DNA of 63,930 nt, filler included, from Octopus bimaculoides (GCF_001194135.2; 6 parts of 5 records of this genome joined end to end with filler, not necessarily neighbours in it), one strand, 5' to 3'; positions 22,680 through 35,593 are shown, counted from the first letter of the whole stretch. Numbers and translations: made by a program. The notes: generated from the sequence alone by a model not told the origin.

Positions 22680-24500
22680 GAGAGAATTGCAATGAGGTAG
22701 GAGAGAAGGGCATTCATATGGATGATGATTTACTTGCAGTAAGTGATTCTACAAAGGAAGAGGCTTGGAAGTGCCACTATGAAAGGCTACTAAATGTACA
22801 GAATGCATGGAAGAAAAAGAGTCTGCTTAATGTGGACTCAACAGAGGGACTAGCTAACCAAATAGACAGTAACTTGTTAGATAAAGCAAATAAGGATATG
22901 ACAACAAGGAAAACTCTCACTTCATCAGAAATCACCACTGAGACACTTAAAATATCTGTTGGAGTGGGATATAGTCTAGTCACCCACATAGTTAATCAGG
23001 TTGTCCACGTAGGAATCATACCCAATGACTGGAGTAGAAGCATTACAGTCAGCTGCTACAAAGGTAAATGTGATGCCTTAGACAAATAATTACAGAGGTG
23101 TCAAATTCCTGGACCAAGTGATGGAAGTTAAAAAGAGGGCTATAACCCAACTAATTAGGAGGAGAGTTAGTCTAGTTTGGTTTTGAGCCAGGGAGAAGTA
23201 CAACTGAAACTATATTCCTGGTAAGGCAATCGCAAGAAAAATATTTGGCCAAAATATTTGAATGAAGAAGGCCTTTGACAGTCCCCCTATACAAGTCACT
23301 ACAAGAATGCTGTTAGTATCATGAAAGTTGACAATAAGTATAGCAATGACTTCAGTGTACAGGTAGGAGTTCATCGAAGATCAGTTCTCAGCCCCTCTTG
23401 TTCATCATAGTCCTCCAGGCCATAACAGGAATTTAAGACAGGTTTCCCTTGGAGGTTCCTCTATGCTGATCACCTTGTTCATATAGATGAATCACTACCA
23501 AAACTAGAGAAGAAATTTCAGATGTGGAAGCAAGGTCTGGAATCAAAAGGCCTTAAAGTTAATTTAGCAAAGACCATAGTCCTCGTAAGTAGGATAACAG
23601 ATAAATTACTAATCCATTCAGGGAGATGGCCCTGCCTGATATGCAGAAAAGGTGCAGGTAGAATCTCCATAATGTGTACCCAGTGCAAGCAATGGACACA
23701 TAAGAGATGCAGCATTATTAGAGGAAAGTTAACAAAAAAAGTAGTCTTTGTGTATAGCAGATGTGCAGGTACAATAAACACTAAGAATGTACAGAAAATA
23801 CTACTTCTAAGTATCCAGGGAGATACTTAAAAGTAGTAGATGGCTTCCATTACCTCAGTGACCAAGTCAGCAGTGGAGGAGGATGCTCTGGGGCATAGCT
23901 GCTAGAATAAGAATGGTCTGACAAAGTTCAGAGAGCATCTATCTTTGTTGGTAACAAAGGGCTTCTCCCTCAAATTGAAAGGCAGATTTACATGGCAGTG
24001 AAACATGGGCTGTGACTACAGAGGACATGCAAAAGCCTGAAGCCAGCATGCTCCACTGGATGTGCAATGTCAGTGTGCATGTATGACAGAGTTTGTTTTA
24101 AGAGAAAAATTGAGTATAAAAGGCATAGATATAGTGTGCAAGAGAGAAGCCTATGCTGGTAGGGAACCTATGGTAGGAGTAGACCCAGGAAGACATAGGA
24201 GGATGTGGTGAAATATGATCTACAGTCGGTGAGCATCACAAGTGACTGAGACTTCTGGCGATTTGCTGTGCTTGAGAAAACATGTCAAGCTAAGTGAAAT
24301 CACAGCCAGTGCCAGAGACATAAAAGGCACCTGTGTTGGTGGCACATAAAAAACAACCAGTACACTCTGTAAAGTAGCTAGCATTAGGAAGGGCAACCAA
24401 GCCAAAACAGATGATCAGAGCCTATTGCAGCTCTCTGGCTTATCAACTCTGGTCAAACTATTTAACTGATGTCAGGCATGATGATGATGATGATGATGAT
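22680..24500 (+). mobile_element. RTE LINE RT fragment with 3' UTR and (GAT)n tail
   Basis: WKCHYERLLNV; IIPNDWSRSITVSCYKGKCDALD; WKQGLESKGLKVNLAKT...CLICRKGAGRISIMCTQCKQWTHKRC. Confidence 0.92.
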
Positions 24501-25236
24501 GATATATTCACATGCATATGTATATTTCAAATCTTAAGGAGAATTCATTGGGAAATTAGGGACAATGACCATACAACAGAATTTATAAAGAAAATCAGAT
24601 TAGTTGTTGTTTTCCCATTGAATATGTGAATGTGATGTGGTATTGAAATGAATGGATCAATGTAAAATAGCATGGATGATTGATATTAATGATGCCAAGA
24701 GAAATATCCACCAGGACAAAACGTTTCAGAGCAGTAAATTGATATTGGACAAAATAATTACAATATTGTATATGCATTCATATGAATTCATTTTTTGTCA
24801 TTCATGTTCAAATGTCGTATCTGAAATTATACACAAAATTAAAGAAAAAAGGCTCAATATTATACTATGAACTTCATCTATCATTCTTATTGCATCAAAG
24901 AACAAATTTTGATGCTTAAACCTGAAGAAATTTATATCTAGATAGAATATCAGTAAAGTTTCTAACACAAGGTACAAAAGAACCAAATCTCAGGGAGGTG
25001 GAAAACAGTACTTAACTGATACTTAATGCCAGAGTTTTCCAAATCGTGCAAGTGAATGTTTCAAGAATAGTTTTTGTTTTTCTTGTCAACAACCATACTC
25101 TAAATAATCATCATTCAACAAAATAGCACAACTCAATACTTTATAGCAGGTATAAAAAGGGGAATTTGACATGACAATCAGTCGGACGCTGACACTCGTT
25201 GATGCTGTATCGAAGAGGCCAGGGAATAGAAGAAAA

Positions 25237-25648
25237 AAGACATGCACCCAACACCAGAGATGAAGACACCTCCGAAAGGGGGGGTCCAGCCACGTCAAAA
25301 TGGTAGAGGAGTAGGGGCCGAAACCGGACGTGGTTCCTCCTGATGATGTCTTCAGCTAACTGGATCCTAATCCACCAAGGGAAGGTATGTCGGAAGAAAG
25401 TAATTCAACAACGTGGGTTGATGAACCGTAAGACGTGTGGCCAGAACCTCCTGGAAAATAACCATAGCGAGGGACATTCCACAGTTGAATTAGAACAGTC
25501 ACAAACAGGGAAAGAAGACATGCACCCAACACCAGAGCTGAAGACACCTCCGAAAGGGGGTGGCCCCGCCACGTCAAAATGGTAGAGGAGTAGGGGCCGA
25601 AACCGGACGTGGTTCCTCCTGATGATGTCTTGAGCTAACTGGATCCTA
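25237..25648 (+). repeat. Direct repeat of a ~133-bp GC-rich structured unit (25237-25369 and 25515-25648, period ~279 bp)
   Basis: The two copies differ at only a few positions; the unit has several perfect internal complementarities (see findings). Confidence 0.95.
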
Positions 25649-26236
25649 TAAAGGAGCTGTTGTGGTAGCAGACCACGAAACATGGTTGAAATTCCTCCAC
25701 AGTAAAAACATGAAACACGAAAGTAACGCTAGAACTACAAAATAAATCCTATCAACAAACCAAAACAAATATGTACTAATACTATCCTACACCAACAAAG
25801 ATAAAACTGCATATACTTCAGGAGTACTGATTTGCACCTGGTAGTATAGTAGAAACTTACATAAAACTGTTGAAAATATGATGACAATACTGTTCTCTTG
25901 AATCTCAACACAATGATATTACTCTTTTGAAAAGAGTATTTTTAACACATTAGGAAAACAACACCTCCTATTCAAGGCACAGAGATGCACTTGGTTGTGT
26001 GGCAAAAGCATGCAAAAACAATAATACTACAAGCAGTGGAAAGTATGTGGAAATTCTATGGTACATATGAAATTTTTCAGATGGTTGTAAGTTTAAATAG
26101 AGCCATAAATATTAATGTTCTTTTATAAGTTGTGTATTCTGCCTTATTTTCATCTAAAAACACCTTTCAGTTCTTCCGGATATGGCTGTAATTGAGGGAG
26201 CATGATTTTCCCATTCTCTCAGCAGTTCAGAGGTTC

Positions 26237-26415
26237 ATCATCATCATCATCATCATCATTTAATGTCCATTGTCCATACTGGCATGGGTTGGACAGTTTG
26301 ATCAGGGCTGGTAAACCAGAAGGCTGTAACAGACTCCAGTCTGATTTGGCATGGTTTTCTATGGCTGGATGCCCTTCCTAATGTCAACCACTCTAAGAGT
26401 GTAATGGGTGCATTT
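26237..26415 (-). mobile_element. RTE 3' UTR tail
   Basis: (CAT)n followed by ttaatgtccattgtccatactggcatgggttggac...gcccttccta. Confidence 0.8.
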
Positions 26416-27639
26416 ACTTCTCAATGCTTACAGAGTATATTCATGAAACTAATTTTGTAACTTTCAACCATGTTTACAGTTTTTTTTTTTTTTTTTGACA
26501 TTTTCATTTTATATTCTATTTTGATATGTTCTCTTATTTGTTGTAAATACTCACTCTATACTCTTTGATGTATATTTTTACTTCTACACACTGATGCACC
26601 CATGCTTGTTCTCTTTATGTTGTTGCCTATATCATCTCATTCTTTCTCTTGTTAGCTTAGATTGTCTGTCATCCATATTTTATAGACAGATACTAATTTT
26701 CAAGTGAGCTGACAATAAATAAATGCACTTATGCACAAGCATTAAGTGATATAAAAAATTTAGTTCAATTAAAAAAAAACTACACTTTTCACTGTTCACT
26801 CACCACTGACACCACCATCACCATCATCATTATAACTTTCATTAACAAAGCCAACCAAGATTATTTCAGTTCAGTTCAATTGTTTGTTTGTTTGTTTGTT
26901 TGTTTAATATCTACTTTTCTTGTTGTCAATACAAAGTTCGAATAACAAATTTTTAAAAAGTAACATCCATGGCTATTTTGCTAAGCTATTTCACTTTCAT
27001 TGAAAAATCTATCTATCTATGATAAGTTTATTATCCTATCTAATGTAAGCCTTCCTTCTCCCATCCACCCATCAATGTATTTGTCAATGTAGATAAATAA
27101 AAAGATCAACAGATAGAAGATATAAAAAATTGAATAATAAAATGTCATTTTCTTGTTAATATATGATTAAAATTTCCCTCTGATAAACACCTTATATTTC
27201 TCTCTCAATCTCTCTCTCTCTCAGTACCTCTAACTTCAACAAACCTTTTAACCATGTCTGTATCATTTCTCTCTTTCATGTCAGTCAGTATCATTTCTCT
27301 CTTTCTTCCACTAACCACATGACAGCTTAATGTATAGGCTGGCAATTATGTCACTGCTCTCCCTCCACTCTTTCTCTTTCTCTCCCTCTCTCTCTTCTTT
27401 TTCTTAACCTCACCACCAGAACATCACCCCTCTGCTAAACATTGTATTTCTAACTCTTCTCTATATCATTCCTTCCAACTAACTTTTTAACCACATATTA
27501 CATTCCCCCTACCTCACGTTATTAACACTCCTCTTTCCTTTCTCTTCAAAGAATCATGTGACAGCATAACATATTTCAGCTTTAGCATCTGTATATATAA
27601 AAGGCAGGATGTGTGTGTGTGTGTGTGTGTAAACTTAGA

Positions 27640-30600
27640 TGTTTCGACCAAAGATTGGTCCAGGCCATGTGTAACTTAATAGCACCACCTGATAGGATTA
27701 CCTAAATCCTTTTTACAGTCAAGTTTTGTTTATGGTCCATTCAAGTAGTGAGTTCTTATTGAGTGAGTTGTATCCAGGTATGGGTGGCTTGTCTGATATT
27801 CCTTGAAGAAATCTGTCTAGACTGATAGGATCCTTTTCCTCTTTTATCTGTTTTGGGACAACGTTAAACAGAGCAGGGCCTGTTGAGGAAAAGAAATTAT
27901 GCCGCAGTGTACCTATATGTTGTGATCCTGAATNNNNNNNNNNGCAGTGTACCTATATGTTGTGATCCTGAATTGGGTAGGGGACATATGGCCCGTGGTC
28001 CCAGCCTTGGATGAAACTTGAAACTAATGGTCAGGTCATTTGGGCAACGCTGGCGGTATATTTTCCACATTACACAGATGATGTACCGCTCACGGTGGCA
28101 CTGGAGAGAGTAGAGCTTCAAGGTTTTAAGGCAGTCCCAGTAATCAAGATCAGTCATGCCTTCAATTCGTTTAGTGAGTGCCCTCTTGGGTGATTCAATT
28201 CTCAAGATGTTTTGTTTTGTATGGGAAGACCACAAGGGGCAGCAGTATTCGAGGTGTGGCCATACAAAGAAGGAGAAAAGTGAAATGATGACACCTTGTT
28301 CTCTGGACAGGAAGGTTCTTAAGATCCAGGAGCTCATCCTACGAGCTATATTAACCTTATTGTTGATGTGGGCACTCCAATTAGGATTGTTATCAACAAT
28401 TACACCCAGATCTCTGATATTATTGGATGCCGTGAGCGGTTCCCTGAAGGAAGAGAGTATGGCTGTTTTAGTATAGACTTTCTTCCAAAATGCATCAGCT
28501 CAAATTTTCCTTCGTTCAGTTTCATTTTGTTTTTGTCTGCCCATTGACTCACAGCATATAGATCAGACTGGAGTTGGGTTCGGTCTTCTTCTTCATTGAT
28601 GATTTGCTGGAGCTTAGTGTCATCAGCAAATATTTTCACTTTGCAGTGATTTACGACGCTGAAAAGGTCATTTATGTAAATTATAAAGAGGAGCGGGCCC
28701 AAGACAGTCCCCTGAGGGACACCACTGGTGACTNNNNNNNNNNNNNNNNNNNNNNNNNNNNNNNNNNNNNNNNNNNNNNNNNNNNNNNNNNNNNNNNNNN
28801 NNNNNNNNNNNNNNNNNNNNNNNNNNNNNNNNNNNNNNNNNNNNNNNNNNNNNNNNNNNNNNNNNNNNNNNNNNNNNNNNNNNNNNNNNNNNNNNNNNNA
28901 ATCCAGTGTAAAAGTTTTCCATGGATTCCAACATTGGCCAATTTTGTGAGTAAGATATTATGGTCAACCCTGTTGAACGCTTTATTGAAGTCAAGATATA
29001 TGACACCAGCGTTCGAACCTGTTCCCAAGGCTTTAAGTATATCATCAATGTGGTGTAAGAGCTGTGTTAGACAGTCCCTGTCACAGCGAAAGCCATGCTA
29101 GTTTGCATTTAGGAGTTTGTGGGTCTCCAGGAAGTCAGCTATCTTTGATCTTACCACCCTTTCAAACACTTTAATGATGTGGGAGGTGAGTGAGATTGAG
29201 CGATAGTTGACTGCAAGGGATCTGTTTCCCTGTTTGAAAATCGGGATGACAGACTGGGATAGGAACTGTTTCGGTATATAACCTGAGTCTAAAGAATTTC
29301 TCCAGAGGTTGGTCAGAGGGACTGCAAGTTAGTGTCTACATTCCTTCAGAAGACTTGCGGGGAATCTATCAGGGAAGATACAGCAGAATAATATTTGACC
29401 TCATTTATTGCTGCTATGATGTCTGAAGCAGTGAAGGTTATGTCCGAGTTTTTATGTTCGGAATCAAATTCGTTCGCTTCTCTTACGTCAATATCAGTGG
29501 GATCACTAAAGACAGAGCAGTATTGTTTCTGCAGTATTTCTGCCATTTCTTTAGCATCGTGTTGGTGAATGTCGTTATCATCGATCAATGGCCCAATGGG
29601 TGAGACAGCAGTTCTGTTCTTATTTGCATAAGAATAAAACACTTTTGAGTTCTGTTTGATGTTTTTGATTACCCACTGTTCCTCTGCAGCTCTTTGATTT
29701 TCAATGGAAGCTTTCATGTTTTTCCATCTCCAGCCTTTTCATTGTTGTTGAATGTGGATGTTGTATGTGGGAGTATTTTAATTGGCTGATTTTTTTATTG
29801 AGTCTTTTGATGCACCTGATGACTGGTTTCTGTTTGTGTTAGTGGATTTCGTAGGAGCGTGTTTTGAGCATGTATAGGTGACGATATTCTCAAAGTGTTG
29901 CCATGCAGTCTCAATGTGAGTGGAACTGAGAGTGAAAGACCAATCGATGAAGGACAGATCCTTTCTGATTGCTCCCCAGTCCACTTTGTGGAAGTTTATG
30001 TTGTCATGAGTGCCGTGTTTATGAGTGCTGTGAAGTGGGATTGGCTGGTTTGGTCTTGATACGTCAGGAATTAAAATTGCAGAGTATCATGTCATGCTCT
30101 GAGAGGAGAGTTTTTACAACTGAAATACTGTGAACGGAGCTAGAGTGGTTGGTTAATATTAGATCCAAAATCGTTTAATTCTGTCTTGTTGGTTCGAGCA
30201 CTAGCTGAGTCAGGAAGAATTTATCCATTAGATTAAAGAGTAATTCTGCTGCTGCTTTATCTAATGTAAAGCATCTGCCTAACTTCAGAGTATTTGTGGG
30301 CCAGTTTATATGAAGGAGGTTAAAATCACCCATCATTAGTATGTTTCCGGAGTTGTATTTTTGAAGGAAGGACTTGATTTTGTTGAGGCACTCTTCAAAG
30401 CATTTTAGAGGTGCTTGGGGAGGCCTGTAAAGACCAACAATGATAATCGTTGTTGATCTTTGGCCTTGTTGAATAGTGATATGGATTCACAAATAGCCAT
30501 TGGAAAATACGTTCTTGGCTTCAACTGAAAAGGAATCATGGAGAAAGATGGCTGTCCCCCCTTTATTTCGGTCTGTACGATCTGCACGGATGATGGTGAA

Positions 30601-31330
30601 ATCTTTTATTTTTACTTCGGCATCCATGTGCATGCTGTTTAGGTGAGTTTCAGTGAGGATAAAGAAAGGGAAGCAATGTGCCGTTTCGGCAAGCCAACTC
30701 TCTATATATGGGATCTTCCATTTTGGGGCATTGATTGATGGGTTGATGCCACGTACATTTAACAGGAATGTCGAGGTAAGGGTAGTTTGATGTTTGCATT
30801 CTTCTAAGTTATGTTTTACGTTGTTCAGAGGTAGCAATGAGGGTAGATTTTGAAGGGAGATGTGTGTGTATGATTTTCTAGTTGGTGGTGGGTGTGTGTT
30901 CCTTGTGTTTTGCATAAATGGTTGCTGATAGCCCATTATATCTCCTGGCTTAGGTCGGCCTTCATATTTTCTAGATAAGTTAGTAAAAAAGAGTTACCTC
31001 TTTGATTTGCCATTTGGTCAGGGGGTACATAGTTCATGTTTATGTTACTTGGTGTTATGGTTTTCCCATAGTTCTGTCTTCGTTGTTTGGTTGTAGAAGG
31101 TGAAATGTGGTTGTGTTTTGTTTTTGTTGTCGTTGTAGGTCTCCTCTGTTGCTGTTTATATTTATTTTTCAACCGTTTTGTGCCCTTCAGATGGAGGTGG
31201 TTACATTCTGGGTTCAAGCACATCCTTAGTGACAGAGAAGTTTGGCACAGTTTAGGATGGAAAAAGGTGCACCAATAGCCTTTTGTGCATCCATATTTTA
31301 CGTGAATGTAATTTATGTACATCCACAAAT
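27640..31330 (-). mobile_element. Near full-length CR1-group LINE (ORF1 with CCCH fingers, APE endonuclease, RT), disrupted
   Basis: ORF1 GCTKGYWCTFFHPKLCQTSLSLRMCLNPECNHLH; APE LLNVRGIN...ILTETHL...IRADR...KGGTAIF; RT VIYLDFNKAFNRVDH, SGVPQGTVLGPLLFIIYINDL, FADDTKL, VWPHLEYCCPLWS. Confidence 0.92.
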
Positions 31331-31525
31331 TAGCACGCATGTCGCTCAAAGATTAGGAGGGCATTCGCCACAACCCCAGCTGTATTTGCATCAAATTATT
31401 TCCCCCCGAGGTACCAGCGAATAGCGGCAAAAATAATTTTGAACCGTAACATCTAACAATTTTCAAGTCGGAGAAATCATTTTTTAACATGAATTAAGTC
31501 CCCTTCTACTGGCGGTGTGTGTGGG

Positions 31526-31556
<31 letters not shown>

Positions 31557-31600
31557 NNNNNNNNNNNNNNNNNNNNNNNNNNNNNNNNNNNNNNNNNNNN

Positions 31601-31612
31601 TTAATTAATTAA
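31601..31612. other. Assembly join marker TTAATTAATTAA inside an N gap (also 39969-39980, 58543-58554, 60302-60313, 62742-62753)
   Basis: The identical 12-mer (stops in all six frames) is centred in N runs five times. Confidence 0.9.
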
Positions 31613-31656
31613 NNNNNNNNNNNNNNNNNNNNNNNNNNNNNNNNNNNNNNNNNNNN

Positions 31657-31703
<47 letters not shown>

Positions 31704-32601
31704 CCACCCATCATACAAACATACATACTTACATACATATATACGTACGTATATTCATATATCCCTCAGTCCGTCCATAAATATATATATATCCACCCAT
31801 CATACAGACATACATACAGACAGACAGACATTGACACATACATACATACATACATACATAGAGAGATACACATAGACATCCTGACAAACTTATCCCCCTT
31901 CACACAGCTAGTCTGGCTTAAACGAACACACGCACACAAATACACGTCCGTGCACACACACACACACACACACACATGCTGATGATGCACACACTCACAT
32001 ATACTGACGATTCATACACGCACACCCACACAGACACCCATACTGACGATTCACTCACACAGAGCACACACACAGACACATGCACTCACACACAGGCAGA
32101 CAGTCGCAAGTCAGTTGTATAGGAACACATCAAGCTAAGCAAAGAACCCTTAGATGGCTGATTAATCTACTTGAAATAACAGCCCAAGTTCCCTCAAATC
32201 ACTGTTATATTATCAAACGCGCAACAACGAATGGAAATTGAATGCTGGACAAAATATGTAGGCTAAATTTTTTCACGTTGATTGCTGGAATTTTACATAG
32301 GGACGTATCGTCTAAGGTGGAGGTCGAAGGCTAGATGCTTTTATTTATATATCTATTCATTTATTTCTTTTATGTGGCTGTGTGGTTAAGCAGCTCACTC
32401 TACAACTACGTGGTTTCAGGTTCACTCCCACTGCGCGGCATCGTGGGTACGGTGTCTCTTATCATAGTTGCGGGCCGACTAGTAACTTGGGATGAATTTG
32501 GTATACGGAACACCATTATGGATACAATTTCTATCTATCTATCTATCTATCTATTTATACACACATACACACACACACACACACACATACACACACACAC
32601 A

Positions 32602-32633
<32 letters not shown>

Positions 32634-33278
32634 NNNNNNNNNNNNNNNNNNNNNNNNNNNNNNNNNNNNNNNNNNNNNNNNNNNNNNNNNNNNNNNNNNN
32701 NNNNNNNNNNNNNNNNNNNNNNNNNNNNNNNNNNNNNNNNNNNNNNNNNNNNNNNNNNNNNNNNNNNNNNNNNNNNNNNNNNNNNNNNNNNNNNNNNNNN
32801 NNNNNNNNNNNNNNNNNNNNNNNNNNNNNNNNNNNNNNNNNNNNNNNNNNNNNNNNNNNNNNNNNNNNNNNNNNNNNNNNNNNNNNNNNNNNNNNNNNNN
32901 NNNNNNNNNNNNNNNNNNNNNNNNNNNNNNNNNNNNNNNNNNNNNNNNNNNNNNNNNNNNNNNNNNNNNNNNNNNNNNNNNNNNNNNNNNNNNNNNNNNN
33001 NNNNNNNNNNNNNNNNNNNNNNNNNNNNNNNNNNNNNNNNNNNNNNNNNNNNNNNNNNNNNNNNNNNNNNNNNNNNNNNNNNNNNNNNNNNNNNNNNNNN
33101 NNNNNNNNNNNNNNNNNNNNNNNNNNNNNNNNNNNNNNNNNNNNNNNNNNNNNNNNNNNNNNNNNNNNNNNNNNNNNNNNNNNNNNNNNNNNNNNNNNNN
33201 NNNNNNNNNNNNNNNNNNNNNNNNNNNNNNNNNNNNNNNNNNNNNNNNNNNNNNNNNNNNNNNNNNNNNNNNNNNNNN

Positions 33279-33317
<39 letters not shown>

Positions 33318-33861
33318 ATGTGCGTGTGTGGGGTTCTTTGTCTTCGTATCTGTCTTTGTGTGTATTTGTGTTTGTACCCTCTAGCGCTTGACAACCAGTA
33401 ATGGTTTGTTTACGTCCCTGTCACTTGGTGATCTGTCTTAAGAGACCGATAGAAATGTACCAGACTTCACAACTAAATTCTGGGGTCGATATATGCGACT
33501 AAACCCTTCAAAGCCGTGGTCCTATTATGATGGTTGCAGTCCAATGATTGAAACAAGTAAAAGATTAATTTTGTTATTTAAGAAATTTGATCTTTTCATT
33601 AACTACTGACAGAAAAAAAATTATGAATACATTATAACACTCACCACAACCACCACTACCATCAAGCTCTCCAATTGACAGTTGCAAATGATACTAATTA
33701 GAAAAATACTTCATTTAAATAATTATGTAAATTGGAAATGTATTTGGGGGGAAAATATTATTTCCAGAATATATGTCTCGGCTAATCGTCAACGTCATGT
33801 CTAAGTATAAGAAGGTAATGAGCACAAATGTGATATTTGGCAATGCATAGTAAGGAGGGAA

Positions 33862-34075
33862 GGTAACGACCTGGCAGAACCGTTACCACGTCAGGCAAAA
33901 TGCTCAGCAGCGTTTTGTCCGTCTTCTAAGTCCAAATTCCGCCGAGATTGACTTTGCCTTTCATCCTTTCAGTGTCGGTAAAATAAGTAACAACTGATCA
34001 CTGGCGTCGATGTAATCGACTTACCCGCTCGGCTGTAATTACTGGCCTTGTGCCAAAATTTGAAATCAATATTAG
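33862..34075 (+). mobile_element. SINE family A
   Basis: aaggtaacgacctggcagaaccgttacc...ccgagattgactttgcctttcatcc...ggccttgtgccaaaatttgaa. Confidence 0.85.
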
Positions 34076-34164
34076 TTTCGGTTTTAAGGCTGCGATCCGA
34101 CAGAATCGTTAGCAAGCCAGGCAAAGTGCTCAGCGGTATTTCGTTCATCTTTACNNNNNNNNNN

Positions 34165-34320
34165 CTGAAAGACCAGAAAACAATATCAGAACTCTTTTCC
34201 TGTAAGGGTACATTAAAGTTCAGTTTCCAAGGTAGACGACCCAGCTGCTACGCATGTGGAAGTAAAATTCATCTAAAAGCTTTCTGGAAAGAAAGTCCTA
34301 GAGAAAAAAAGCAATTATAA
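34165..34320 (+). mobile_element. LINE ORF1/gag-like relic with CCHC-type knuckle
   Basis: KFSFQGRRPSCYACGSKIHLKAFW (C-x2-C-x4-H, last C lost). Confidence 0.5.
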
Positions 34321-35557
34321 ATAGAAAGGTCGTCGATAGTATAGCGATACCAGATACAACACATGAGATTGGAAATTAAGTTTCAGTTTTCAGTTGCAAG
34401 AGTGAATCATGCGAATCAAAAGTCCGGTCCACTCTCCTTGCATAGGTCCTCTTCTCCAGCGAAGACAAGGAGAGCCAGCTACACCAACCACAGCAGTAAC
34501 AACGACGAACACGAAACAACTAGGAATCCCCAACACAAAGTTGTACGACCCATATTCTTATGAGGATGAGAAACGAACAGGGCTGATAGAGGAAAAACCA
34601 ACTGCATGAAAACAAGAAAGTCCAACGCAAAAAAATCAGAAACGCCTTCAAAATTGGAGTTGGTGAACACTTTCTTCGAAGATGCAATTTTCTCCGCTGA
34701 GGAAGAGTACATATCCTATGAAGAAATAAAGGGGCAGCAATAAACTGCGATGTGAAATCAGCCCCCGACGTGAACTAAATAAAACTCACAGACACTGCAA
34801 AAAAAACAAAGTTCTAAAGTTCTAATTACACACTTATACATATATATATATATATATATANNNNNNNNNNNNNNNNNNNNNNNNNNNNNNNNNNNNNNNN
34901 NNNNNNNNNNNNNNNNNNNNNNNNNNNNNNNNNNNNNNNNNNNNNNNNNNNNNNNNNNNNNNNNNNNNNNNNNNNNNNNNNNNNNNNNNNNNNNNNNNNN
35001 NNNNNNNNNNNNNNNNNNNNNNNNNNNNNNNNNNNNNNNNNNNNNNNNNNNNNNNNNNNNNNNNNNNNNNNNNNNNNNNNNNNNNNNNNNNNNNNNNNNN
35101 NNNNNNNNNNNNNNNNNNNNNNNNNNNNNNNNNNNNNNNNNNNNNNNNNNNNNNNNNNNNNNNNNNNNNNNNNNNNNNNNNNNNNNNNNNNNNNNNNNNN
35201 NNNNNNNNNNNNNNNNNNNNNNNNNNNNNNNNNNNNNNNNNNNNNNNNNNNNNNNNNNNNNNNNNNNNNNNNNNNNNNNNNNNNNNNNNNNNNNNNNNNN
35301 NNNNNNNNNNNNNNNNNNNNNNNNNNNNNNNNNNNNNNNNNNNNNNNNNNNNNNNNNNNNNNNNNNNNNNNNNNNNNNNNNNNNNNNNNNNNNGTTATAT
35401 ATATATATATATATATATGTATATACATATATGTGTGTGCGTGTGCGTGTGTGTGTGTGTGTGCGTGTGTGTATGTGTGTGTGTATTTATAAGTTGCCAT
35501 GCTTGATCGCTAAATCCATAAGTTTTTTTTTTATTTTCTCTTTATTTTCTCTTATTC

Positions 35558-35593
35558 CTTTCTGTTGAAGAGCGTAGGCTCGAAACGTAAAAG
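35558..35593 (+). ncRNA. Minimal hammerhead-ribozyme-like motif (Penelope pLTR type)
   Basis: CTTT-CTGTTGA-A-GAG(cgtagg)CTC-GAAAC-GTA-AAAG: 4-bp stem I, 3-bp stem II, palindromic ACGT stem III, GUA cleavage triplet. The core has U in place of the conserved A6. Confidence 0.65.
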
